Positions 1-8,771 of a stretch of 31,629 nucleotides of DNA are shown piece after piece. The stretch comes from an uncultured Thermococci archaeon. Lineage in GTDB: Archaea; Methanobacteriota_B; Thermococci; Thermococcales; Thermococcaceae. The DNA lies in NCBI GenBank assembly GCA_964615185.1, contig CAZTOS010000020.1, positions 1-31,629 on the forward strand, written 5' to 3'. The notes beneath the pieces are model-generated. The model was not told the DNA's origin. It did no database searches and saw nothing but the letters and a program-made list of their open reading frames with translations. Numbering within the stretch: position 1 is the stretch's first letter; each line of letters starts with the position of its first letter. The translations under genes and the position numbers were made by a program.

Positions 1-175
1 CCTTAAAGATTAATATTCCGGTAAGTGTAACAAGCCATAAATGTATAACCTTTGACAATTCTTCTTGGAATGAGAGGGAGTGGTGCAACGCATATCTAAA
101 TACTACTCCAGTTAAAGTAAAAAAGATTAAAAATAAAGAAAACGCTGCAATCCCAACTTCAATGTATTTTTTCAT
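1..175 (-). CDS. dctQ: TRAP transporter small permease (DctQ), 5' part only; runs off the window
   Basis: Not in the ORF track. Manual translation from ATG at 175: MKKYIEVGIAAFSLFLIFFTLTGVVFRYALHHSLSFQEELSKVIHLWLVTLTGILIFK, i.e. a TM helix then the V-x-RY...S...EEL pattern of DctQ. GGAGG-like RBS upstream; directly downstream of dctP. Confidence 0.85.
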   Translation of the reverse strand, partial: MKKYIEVGIAAFSLFLIFFTLTGVVFRYALHHSLSFQEELSKVIHLWLVTLTGILIFK

Positions 176-200
176 TTCCTTCCCTCCTTCATTAGGGGAT

Positions 201-1283
201 TTAAGTAAGTTTGTGACCAAGTACTTTTTCTAATTCTTCAAATACATTAAATCCTAATTTTGGTTGTAGTTCTGTTCCGATTCTCTCCATCATATCTTTT
301 CTGGTATCGCTTAGTGCATTTTTGAACTCTTCTATATCTACACGGTAAAATTGACATCCTTTTTCTTTAAGTGTGCTTTCTAACTTTTGTTGTAACTCAA
401 GAGCATAATTTATCTGAGCTTCTGAAGCTTTTTGGGCGGCTTGTAACACAAGTTCACGATCCTCTGGGGAGAGACTATCCCATGTCTTTTTACTTACGAG
501 GTAAATGCTGAAGTGAGCTATGTGGTGGGTATATGAGTAATATGGAGCAAGTTCGTAGATTTTTGTTGAATAGTAAATTACAAGTGGATTTTCAACTGCA
601 TCTATTGTGCCAAGTTGGAGAGCAGTAAATACTTCTCCCCATGCCATTGGAGTTGGATTTGCTCCTAATGCACGCCAAAATTCTAGATGGCGGGGGTTTT
701 CCATTGTTCTAATCTTTAGTCCTTTAACGTCTTCGACTGATAAGATTGGTTTCTTTGCAGTAAACGTGTCTCTAAAGCCAGAAAATCCAAATGCAAGACC
801 TACGATGTCTATGTCAGTACTCAGTTTTGAAAGAACTTTTTGGGCCAAATCACTTTGTATAAACTTAATTGCTTCATTTTCATCCGTGAAAAGATAGGGG
901 ACATCTAAGAAAGCTAATAGGTCTGTGTATCCAGCAAGTGGAGCCACCTGAATTACGGCAAAGTCTAATTCTCCTGCAATCATAGCCTCTATATAATCCC
1001 TCTCAGAGCCAAGCTCTCCAGCAGGATGTATTATTACTTTCATTCTTCCATTACTACTCTTTTCTAGTTCGTCAGCAAATGTTTTTATTCCTACTCCATA
1101 TGGATCTTCCATTGGAACGGCTAAAGCAGCGTGGAATGTATATGTTTTTTGCTCTGTAGTTGTAGTTGTTTTTTGTTCTGCAGTTGTAGTGGATTGCTGC
1201 TCCTTTCCGACACATCCTGCTGCTATTACCACTAACATGACTAACAAAGCTCCAAACACTTTACCAACAGCCTTTCTTTCCAT
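201..1283 (-). CDS. dctP: TRAP transporter substrate-binding lipoprotein, DctP family
   Basis: Motifs S-x-G-R-M-K-V...GELGSERD, GFRD, DVKGLKIRTM (carboxylate-binding Arg), LGANPTPMAWGEVFTALQLGTIDAVENP. N-terminal lipobox IAAGC plus Thr-rich linker. Confidence 0.93.
   Translation of the reverse strand: MERKAVGKVFGALLVMLVVIAAGCVGKEQQSTTTAEQKTTTTTEQKTYTFHAALAVPMEDPYGVGIKTFADELEKSSNGRMKVIIHPAGELGSERDYIEAMIAGELDFAVIQVAPLAGYTDLLAFLDVPYLFTDENEAIKFIQSDLAQKVLSKLSTDIDIVGLAFGFSGFRDTFTAKKPILSVEDVKGLKIRTMENPRHLEFWRALGANPTPMAWGEVFTALQLGTIDAVENPLVIYYSTKIYELAPYYSYTHHIAHFSIYLVSKKTWDSLSPEDRELVLQAAQKASEAQINYALELQQKLESTLKEKGCQFYRVDIEEFKNALSDTRKDMMERIGTELQPKLGFNVFEELEKVLGHKLT
1143..1190. repeat. 24-bp tandem duplication (22/24 identical) in the dctP linker
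   Basis: tgttttttgctctgtagttgtagt followed by tgttttttgttctgcagttgtagt; encodes TTTAEQKT/TTTTEQKT. Confidence 0.9.
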
Positions 1284-1330
1284 GTTCCCCCCTCCAATTT
1301 ATATTTTGAAAATGTTAAAAACAAAAATGC

Positions 1331-2482
1331 TCACGAGCCCTCTAGACCTAATTCTTTAACTTTTCTCGCTATTTCATTCCCTACTTCGTATGTTTTGCTA
1401 TTACCTCCAAGGTCGTAAGTTCTAACTTTTCCCTCTTTTAGAACTTCTACAATTGCATTAAGGATGAGGTTGTACCCCATTTCTTCTCCCAGTTCTCTCA
1501 GCATAAGAGCCCCCGCCCATATTGCTGCTATTGGATTAACGATAAACTTTCCTTTGTATTTTGGAGCAGAGCCATGGATTGGTTCAAACATACTAACTCC
1601 TTTAGGATTTATGTTCCCTCCTGGAACAAGACCTAAACTTCCCATCAATGCTCCTCCTAAGTCAGAAAGTATATCTCCAAATAAGTTTGGGGCAGTTATT
1701 ATCTGGTATCTTTCTGGGGCTCTTACAAGATGCATTGCCATGGCATCCGCAAATTCGAATTCGTAGCTTATACTAGGGTATTCTACGGCTACTTCTTCAA
1801 TGCTTTTCCTCCAGAGTGAGTATATGTGTGTGAGGACATTGGCTTTATCAACAAACGTGACTTTTGATCTATTGTCCCGAAGAGCGTACTCAAAAGAGTA
1901 TTTTGCTGTCCGTTTAGCACCTTCTTTGCTTATAATCCCAATTTGATATGCAAGTTCTGTAGTATCGGAAGAAATATTGATATCCAAGTCAAATTTTACT
2001 TTATAAAGCCACCGTACTACTTCTAATTCTTCTTTTGTTTTTCTGTGTTTAACTTGTCCTCCAATCCCAATATAAAAGTCTTCTGTGTTTTCTCTTATAA
2101 TTACAAAGTCTATATCTTTAGAAGTTTTATTTTTTAATATTCCTCTTACGCCGGGTAATAGCTTTATTGGTCTTAAATTTATATATTGATCAAAGTAAAA
2201 CCTAATGGCTAATACGATGCCCTTCTCGAGGACTCCAGGTTTTACTCGTGGATCGCCAACAGCTCCTAAATATATGGCATCAAAGCTTTCTAAAGTTTTT
2301 AAGTCTTCCTCTGATAACAATTTTCTAGTGGTTAGATAATACTCGGCTCCAAATGGGAAATATTCCCATTCAAGAGTTATCCCAATTACTTCAGAGACAG
2401 TATCAAGCACCTTAACGCCTTCTTGAATGACCTCGGGCCCTATTCCATCTCCAGGAATAACTGCAATTTTATATTTTTTCAC
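1331..2482 (-). CDS. Isocitrate/isopropylmalate/tartrate-family beta-decarboxylating dehydrogenase (IPMDH-like)
   Basis: IAVIPGDGIGPEV, INLRPIK, IIRENTEDFY, DKANV, NLFGDILSD, FEPIHGSAP; GTG start. No leuA/leuCD nearby, so leuB is not assigned. Confidence 0.92.
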   Translation of the reverse strand: MKKYKIAVIPGDGIGPEVIQEGVKVLDTVSEVIGITLEWEYFPFGAEYYLTTRKLLSEEDLKTLESFDAIYLGAVGDPRVKPGVLEKGIVLAIRFYFDQYINLRPIKLLPGVRGILKNKTSKDIDFVIIRENTEDFYIGIGGQVKHRKTKEELEVVRWLYKVKFDLDINISSDTTELAYQIGIISKEGAKRTAKYSFEYALRDNRSKVTFVDKANVLTHIYSLWRKSIEEVAVEYPSISYEFEFADAMAMHLVRAPERYQIITAPNLFGDILSDLGGALMGSLGLVPGGNINPKGVSMFEPIHGSAPKYKGKFIVNPIAAIWAGALMLRELGEEMGYNLILNAIVEVLKEGKVRTYDLGGNSKTYEVGNEIARKVKELGLEGS

Positions 2483-2497
2483 CTCGTTTAACCTCCT

Positions 2498-4327
2498 TTA
2501 TTCAATTTCCAGCTCTCGTAATTTTTCGTTAGAAACAGTTCCATCTTCATTCCATCCTCTTAGCCTGTAGTACTCTTGGAGATTATAGTTAAGTTCTGGA
2601 ACGTGTCCATAACTTCCTCCGGGGGGATCGAGGGGTTTAAAGATTCGAGGAGGCAGATTGTCATGTTCTCTTCGTATTCCTTGAAGGTTGTTAATAACTC
2701 TCTTTATGTTGAAAATTCTCTCTCCAATTTTCATAGCTTCTTCTATAGTAATTTCTTCTCCTGTTACTGCATTTAGTGCCTTTATTACAGTGGGTAGTTT
2801 AGTTCCACCATATAAGCAGAATCTACACATCACTTGTGCATCTAAAAATTCGCACATATCTTGAATAAGTTTTACTGCCCTTGGCTTTGATTTGGTCTCA
2901 AACCTGTCCAAAGGCTTTGGCAGTCCAATTTCTGGGAAGGTTAATCCTTTTTCAATGTAGTATGTAGACGCATAAGTATGACACGCACCTCTATTTGAAG
3001 TTGCATAAGCAAGAGCCCAAGATTCAAAAGCTCGTGGGTCATGCATGGGAAGTTCTAATCCCTTCACGTGCATTGCAAATTCGTCGGATTCTTTATTTAG
3101 CTGTTGTGCCATGTTTTTTACTCCTTCTGCCAATAAATCACCAATTCCTTCTCTCTTGGTTATCTTTTCAATAAGCTGTAAAATTGCTTTGCCATTCCCC
3201 CATGAGATTTCCAGTCCACCAGTTTCACTTAAAATACCTCTCTCTATGCATTCTATAGTAAAGGCAATTGTAACGCCTGTTGATATTGTATCTAGTCCAT
3301 AGGCATTACACATATAGTTGGCTTTTAATATCGTTAATAGGTCATCATTTAAAACTAATGTTCCAAATGCTGCAACTGTTTCATATTCGGGCCCATCTAC
3401 AATCTTTTTCTCTTTATCTGGTAATTCTACTATTCTTCCGCATCCTACTGGGCATGCTTCACAGTGGTACTGCTTTCTAAGCACAGTCTTTGCCATTGTT
3501 TGCCCCGAAATTTTTTGTACTTTTTCTTTATCCCACTCTCCCATTGTAAAGTTTTTAATTGGAGTATCTCCAAGCTCTACTAGTGCCTCGAGCATACCAC
3601 TTGTGCCATATTTATGAAGAATCTCTCTTGCCGAAGAATTCATGGCAGCGATAATGCTCTCTTTAACAGTCTTTCGGAATTTCTCTACGTTCTCTATTGG
3701 TGGCTTTTTACTTCCTTTTACCGCTATAGCTTTTAGTTTTTTAAAACCCATAACTGCCCCTAGTCCTGTTCTTCCAGCAGCACGCCCTCCATCATTTATT
3801 ATTGCAGCATATTTAACCAAATTTTCTCCAGCGGGGCCTATACATGCAATCTTAGCATTGGGAATTTCTTTTTTTAGAATTTCTTGTGTTTCATAGGTTG
3901 TTTTGCCCCAGAGATAGGAAGCGTCTTTAATTTCTACATTCTCATCTTCTATGGTTATGTAAACTGGATGTTCTGCCTTTCCTTCAATAACTACTCCGTA
4001 ATATCCAGTTCTTCTTAATTCTGGACCAAAAAAACCACCAGAACTTGCCTGCCCCCAGATGTTGGTCAGTGGAGAGATTGCACTTACAAAGTATCTACTG
4101 GAAAAGGGAAATCTTGTACCAGTGAGTGGACCAACGGTAAATATTAGTGCGTTTTCTTCACTAAAGGGCTCTATTTTTCCTTTCTTTTTTATTCTGTCGT
4201 ACATAAGTTTTGCCGCTAGCCCAGATCCTCCAATGTATTTTTTCAGGATTTCTGAGGGTAGTGCTGCTTCTTTAATAGTGTCATTTGACAAGTCTATTTT
4301 CAGAAGTTTTGCTTCATATTCGTCCAT
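2498..4327 (-). CDS. Aldehyde:ferredoxin oxidoreductase family tungstoenzyme (609 aa)
   Basis: SPLT...SSGGFFG, GRAAGRTGLGAVMG-x-KKLKAI, CEACPVGC 4Fe-4S motif, GPEYET, GLDTISTG, RGACH. Start moved to ATG 4327 (MDEYEAK) after RBS GGAGGG; the ORF-track extension overlaps the SDR. Confidence 0.95.
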   Translation of the reverse strand: MDEYEAKLLKIDLSNDTIKEAALPSEILKKYIGGSGLAAKLMYDRIKKKGKIEPFSEENALIFTVGPLTGTRFPFSSRYFVSAISPLTNIWGQASSGGFFGPELRRTGYYGVVIEGKAEHPVYITIEDENVEIKDASYLWGKTTYETQEILKKEIPNAKIACIGPAGENLVKYAAIINDGGRAAGRTGLGAVMGFKKLKAIAVKGSKKPPIENVEKFRKTVKESIIAAMNSSAREILHKYGTSGMLEALVELGDTPIKNFTMGEWDKEKVQKISGQTMAKTVLRKQYHCEACPVGCGRIVELPDKEKKIVDGPEYETVAAFGTLVLNDDLLTILKANYMCNAYGLDTISTGVTIAFTIECIERGILSETGGLEISWGNGKAILQLIEKITKREGIGDLLAEGVKNMAQQLNKESDEFAMHVKGLELPMHDPRAFESWALAYATSNRGACHTYASTYYIEKGLTFPEIGLPKPLDRFETKSKPRAVKLIQDMCEFLDAQVMCRFCLYGGTKLPTVIKALNAVTGEEITIEEAMKIGERIFNIKRVINNLQGIRREHDNLPPRIFKPLDPPGGSYGHVPELNYNLQEYYRLRGWNEDGTVSNEKLRELEIE

Positions 4328-4392
4328 TTTTGTCCCTCCTTCAATGTTAGTGAGAAAAAGATAAAAAAGTCCGATACTAACGAACTTTGTTA

Positions 4393-5157
4393 TCAATAAG
4401 GGCATCTCCCCCCAGTAACGTTCCAAGCTGCTCCGGTAACAAAACTTGCTTTTTCTGAGGCTAAGAATAGTATTACCTCAGCTATTTCTTCAGGTTTTGC
4501 AAGTCTTCCGAGAGGTACTTTACTTGCAAGTCTCTTCTTTTCTTCTTCACTCATCTGTCCTAAGAATGGTGTTTCAGTTATTCCGGGGACTACACAGTTG
4601 ACATTTATATTATAAAGGGCTACTTCCAAAGCTAAGGCTCTAGTAAATGCTATAACTCCAGCTTTTGAAGCATCGTATGCAGCCATATTTGGATTTGGGT
4701 CTTTACCTGCGACAGATGAAATGTTTATGATTTTTCCCTCTTTTCTCTGTATCATATGTGGGATAACCTCTTTACATACCAAGAACATACCTTTGAGATT
4801 TACACTCATTACTTTATCCCAGTTTTCTTCGGATGTCTCCCATACTGGCGCTACTTGGCCTAAGATGCCAACACAATTCACCAAAATGTCAATTTTTCCA
4901 TATTTATTTAAAACCTGTTCAACCATCTTTTTTACGTCCATTGCATTACTAACATCACACTTAATTGCTATAGCTTCCCCTCCTTCTGTCTCAATTTCCT
5001 CTTTTGTTTTTTCTGCCCTTTTTATATCTATATCCACTACGACAACTTTTGCACCTTCTTCAGCGAATTTTTTGCACGCTGCTCTTCCCATTCCGCTTCC
5101 ACCGCCAGTTACTACAACTACTTTACTTTCAAATCTTTTGTTACACATTTCTCTCAC
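4393..5157 (-). CDS. Classical short-chain dehydrogenase/reductase, predicted NAD(H)-preferring
   Basis: TGGGSGMG Rossmann motif, acidic residue after beta-2 (VVVVDID), catalytic S...YDASK; 4-bp overlap with the panF stop. Confidence 0.95.
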   Translation of the reverse strand: MREMCNKRFESKVVVVTGGGSGMGRAACKKFAEEGAKVVVVDIDIKRAEKTKEEIETEGGEAIAIKCDVSNAMDVKKMVEQVLNKYGKIDILVNCVGILGQVAPVWETSEENWDKVMSVNLKGMFLVCKEVIPHMIQRKEGKIINISSVAGKDPNPNMAAYDASKAGVIAFTRALALEVALYNINVNCVVPGITETPFLGQMSEEEKKRLASKVPLGRLAKPEEIAEVILFLASEKASFVTGAAWNVTGGRCPY

Positions 5158-6617
5158 CCATAGAACTTTTCTGTGATCTCTTTAGGGGGGGCTGGAGTAG
5201 CTAATGCTACAATTACAAATACTACTGCTCCTATTAAGAGGGCTGGCACAATGGGATGAAGATTGTAAAAGTTTGAGCCATATTTATAGTATAGGATAAC
5301 ATAAGTTAACGTTCCTGTAATCATACTGCTTATAGCTCCATATTTATTTGCTCGTTTCCAGTATAGGCCAAACACATAGGGCCATAGGAATGTAGCTTCT
5401 AACCCTCCAAGTCCAAATAGATTTAGCCATATAAGTAAATCTGGTGGGTGAAGTGTAGAGAAAGCAACTATTGCAACTAACACTGTAGTGACCAAGTATG
5501 TCAATTTCCTTAGTGCTCCCTCTTCAAGATTTGGTCTTAGATAAGTAGCATAAAGATCCTTTACAATGGCTCCAGTTGTTATTACTAACTGAGAATCTAT
5601 TGTGCCTAGGGCTGCTGCTAATATTGACATCAAAATAATTCCTGCTAACCATTCAGGGAATATCTTCAATGTTAGCAAGGGGATGGCTAAATCTGATCTA
5701 GGAATTTCGGGCAAAAAGTATCTAGCAAACACTCCAGCAAGATGCAATGATACTACAAGCCATCCCATTACTATAGTTCCAATTACTATTCCTCGATGAA
5801 GAGCTTTTGAATCTCTATAGACAAGACCTTGAACAGAAACATGTGGTAGACCAACCGTAGCAAAACACACTAGCACCCAGAAGCTTGCTACCCATAGGGG
5901 ATTTAGAGTACTCATGTTGGGTCCATATGGGGTTACTAATCCAGGATCTATAGAACGTAGATGAGAGATTATTGGTGTTACTCCTCCGGCTTTTATGATT
6001 GAGCCGCCTATTAAGCCTATTGACCCGACTGTCATTATGACTCCGAAGATAGTATCAACTAATGCTACTCCTCTCATACCTCCCAAGATTATGTATACAA
6101 GAATCGCTATGGCGAAAAGTGCTAGTCCATAAGTATATGGGAGTCCTGTAATAGTTTGAAAAATGGTTGCTCCTCCTATAAATTGTGCCATCATAGATGC
6201 AATAAAAAACAGTACTATGCTTACTGAACCAATAATAGTGATTATGTCACTTTGATATCTTGCTTTTAAAATATCTACTACAGTTATAGCATTTACTTTC
6301 CTAGCTACTATTGCAAATTTTTTGCCTAGTACGGATAGACTTACTAAGGTCACAGGTATTTGAACTGCAGCTAGTAAGACCCATCCCAGTCCAAATTTAT
6401 ATGCAGCACCAGGACCTCCAACAAAGCTACTAGCACTAAGATACGTTGCAGTTAACATCATCGCTAATGCAAATCCTCCAATTTCTCTCGATGAAACTAA
6501 CCAGTCCTCTTTAAACGCTTTTCCTTTTGAACCTCTGTATGCCCAATATCCAATTAGATAAATTAATGCTAAAAATACAAGTGCTGAAATAGTGGGTATA
6601 ATTCTAAGTTCGCTCAT
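5154..6617 (-). CDS. panF: Sodium/pantothenate symporter (SSS family)
   Basis: Near-identical to recalled bacterial PanF segments: LAMMLTATYLSASSFVGGPGAAYKFGLGWVLLA, LGKKFAI, SFWVLVCF, DSKALHRGI, IWLNL..GGLEATFLWP, HPIVP. Preceded by yhdT as in bacteria. Confidence 0.9.
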   Translation of the reverse strand: MSELRIIPTISALVFLALIYLIGYWAYRGSKGKAFKEDWLVSSREIGGFALAMMLTATYLSASSFVGGPGAAYKFGLGWVLLAAVQIPVTLVSLSVLGKKFAIVARKVNAITVVDILKARYQSDIITIIGSVSIVLFFIASMMAQFIGGATIFQTITGLPYTYGLALFAIAILVYIILGGMRGVALVDTIFGVIMTVGSIGLIGGSIIKAGGVTPIISHLRSIDPGLVTPYGPNMSTLNPLWVASFWVLVCFATVGLPHVSVQGLVYRDSKALHRGIVIGTIVMGWLVVSLHLAGVFARYFLPEIPRSDLAIPLLTLKIFPEWLAGIILMSILAAALGTIDSQLVITTGAIVKDLYATYLRPNLEEGALRKLTYLVTTVLVAIVAFSTLHPPDLLIWLNLFGLGGLEATFLWPYVFGLYWKRANKYGAISSMITGTLTYVILYYKYGSNFYNLHPIVPALLIGAVVFVIVALATPAPPKEITEKFYG

Positions 6618-6888
6618 CTAGCTTCCCCTCCCTATACTCTGTGTCAAATGGAACTTCCTTGAAGTATTTAGTAACGACGATATATACAATTATACTAAAC
6701 AAAATCCACCCTAAGAGCACACTATAAAAGAACCAATCTGGAAAGCCTAGTATGTAGTTGTAGTTAGTGGGCCCACGTTTTCCCATTCCAAAGCCAAATA
6801 ATGCCCACCATACTACATAAAACAGGGAGAGGCCAATGCCAATTTTTGCTTCTTTTGTGGCAATTTTATATCTGGGGTCTCCTTCCAT
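6604..6888 (-). CDS. yhdT: YhdT (DUF997) small membrane protein, PanF partner
   Basis: DPRYKIATKEA, two TM helices, GFPDWFFYS, FKEVPFD; overlaps the panF start. Confidence 0.88.
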   Translation of the reverse strand: MEGDPRYKIATKEAKIGIGLSLFYVVWWALFGFGMGKRGPTNYNYILGFPDWFFYSVLLGWILFSIIVYIVVTKYFKEVPFDTEYREGKLDERT

Positions 6889-7071
6889 ATTTCTTGCACC
6901 TCAATTTTTAATAATTTAATAGCTAAAATTAAATTTTGTTTTAATTATGTTAAAATCTTTAATGAATAAAATCATCATTATAGATGGTATGGTTTAATCT
7001 TTTGAAAAATTTTAGTATAAAGTAAAGAAAAAATATTATGTCAATATCGCAATGATTTCTATGGTGGTTTT
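6889..7071. promoter_or_regulatory. AT-rich divergent promoter region between the two island operons
   Basis: 183-bp very AT-rich gap between divergent starts with several TATA-like boxes; RBS GAGGTG on the minus strand and GGTGG on the plus strand. Exact TATA boxes cannot be fixed. Confidence 0.6.
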
Positions 7072-8729
7072 ATGGCAATTGAAGAAAGAGTAGCTGTTAA
7101 AGAAGGGTTTGCTACTCCTGAGGAAGTACAAAAAATGTCATATGCTAAGTCAGAAAAAGAAATTTTGAGAGTGAGAGCATTGATAATTGCTGCTATAGGC
7201 TCCGCTATTCTAACAGCAAGTTCCATATATGTGGCCTTAAGAATGGGAGCACTACCTTGGCCTACTATTTTTGTCGTCCTCCTCTCTATGAGTATCCTAA
7301 AAGCCTTAGGGAATACCAATCTAAATGAAATTAACGTAGCCCATACAGGAATGTCAGCAGGTGCATTATTAGCTGGGGGTTTGGCATTCACTATACCTGC
7401 TTTATGGATGTTAGGATATACTGAAGTGCCTATGGTTCAAATATTCCTTATATCCATAGGTGCAGCCATACTGGGAACTTTGATCACAGCGTTGATAAGA
7501 GATGCCATGATAATCAGATTGAAATTGCCCTATCCCATAGGAACAGCTGCATTCTTAACTCTAAAAGCAGGAGATGTAGGAGGAAAGAAAAGAAATACTT
7601 TGTTTGCATCTTTGTCGATTTCAGCCATATTTGTGGCTATTAGAGATTGGTTTGGAAAGATTCCTGCACTTATACAGTCTTCCACTCTAGCAGCTAAAAA
7701 CATATTTGTGGGTATAGGTCTATATCCGATGGCTGCTGGAATTGGATATATAATTGGTCCCTTGTACATAGGAACATGGACATTGGGGTCAATTTTATCA
7801 TACTTGATAATTATCCCTATAGCCACCAACATCCTGGGATACTCTGTAGATGCCTCTTTAGCATTTACAAGAAGTTTGGGCATTGGGATGATAATAGGGG
7901 GGGAATTGGCATAATAGTGAAAGAGTTAGTACGAAGCAGAATTAGAGATACCATTAGAAGTATAAAAGACCAAATGGGAGGATTATTAAGATATTTCCTA
8001 GTCTTGGCTATAGTATCAGTTATACTCTTAATAGTTGCAGGCATTCCTTGGTACGCTGCATTAATTGGAGTTATTGGAACAATGATAGCTGGAATTATGG
8101 CAGCTACACTAACAGGTCAAACGGGGATAGATCCCATGGAGATATTTGGAATATTGGTGTTACTAGTTGTGATGGCCTTATTTAATATAAATATTGTAGC
8201 TGGAGTGCTTCTTACGGCATTCGTAGCTGCTGCTGTAGGTGTTGCTGGAGATGCTTTAAATGACTATAAGGCGGGATATTTGTTAGAAACTCCTCCAAGG
8301 TATCAAATTCTAAGTGAATTGGTAGGAGCTATTGTAGGAGCATTAACAGCAGGATTCGTTCTTAAAATGCTTCTAGATGTGTATGGCCCAACAGCTTTTG
8401 GTCCAGATAAGTTCTTTGTGGCTCCCCAAGCGTATGCAGTTTCATTAATGATTCAAGGAATTCCGAATTTGGCAGCATTCTTGTCAGGTATTATAGTCGG
8501 ATTTGTCTTGAGTGTGTTTAACATTCCTGCAATGACAATTGGGATTGGAATATACTTACCAATGGTAATGACACTACCAGCGGCTCTTGGAGGACTTGTG
8601 AGAGTAATTATTGACAAGAAGTATCCGCAATACTCAGAACTTGGCACAATTACTGGAGCAGGTTTGCTAGGGGGAGAGGGAATAGCAGGAGTTGTTATAG
8701 CTCTTGTCTTGTTTTTAATGAGGGGGTGA
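7072..8729 (+). pseudogene. OPT-family oligopeptide transporter split by a one-base frameshift (about 552 aa if repaired)
   Basis: 5' ORF has YVALRMGALPWP, NEINVAHTGMSAG, GLAFTIPA, LPYPIGTA. 3' ORF has LNDYKAGYLL, APQA, GIGIYLP, GLLGGEGI. Adding one G to the G7 run at 7897-7903 gives continuous ...GMIIGGGIGIIVKE.... Could be an assembly error. Confidence 0.85.
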
Positions 8730-8771
8730 TTATTTCTTTTATTTTTCCATTAACATCACAGAGGTGATACA

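Noticed and set aside
1331..2482. Calling the dehydrogenase leuB
   Set aside because: No leuA/leuC/leuD in the window, catabolic context and an NADP-type loop; family-level call only.
4328..4426. 33-aa N-terminal extension of the AOR in the ORF track
   Set aside because: Overlaps the SDR 3' end; a strong RBS precedes ATG 4327.
4393..5157. fabG / fatty-acid synthesis role for the SDR
   Set aside because: No ACP or fab genes, and the Asp fingerprint suggests NAD rather than NADPH.
7776..7896. Independent start for the second OPT ORF (MDIGVNF...)
   Set aside because: Off-frame read-through of the first half; OPT-like sequence begins only after the G run.
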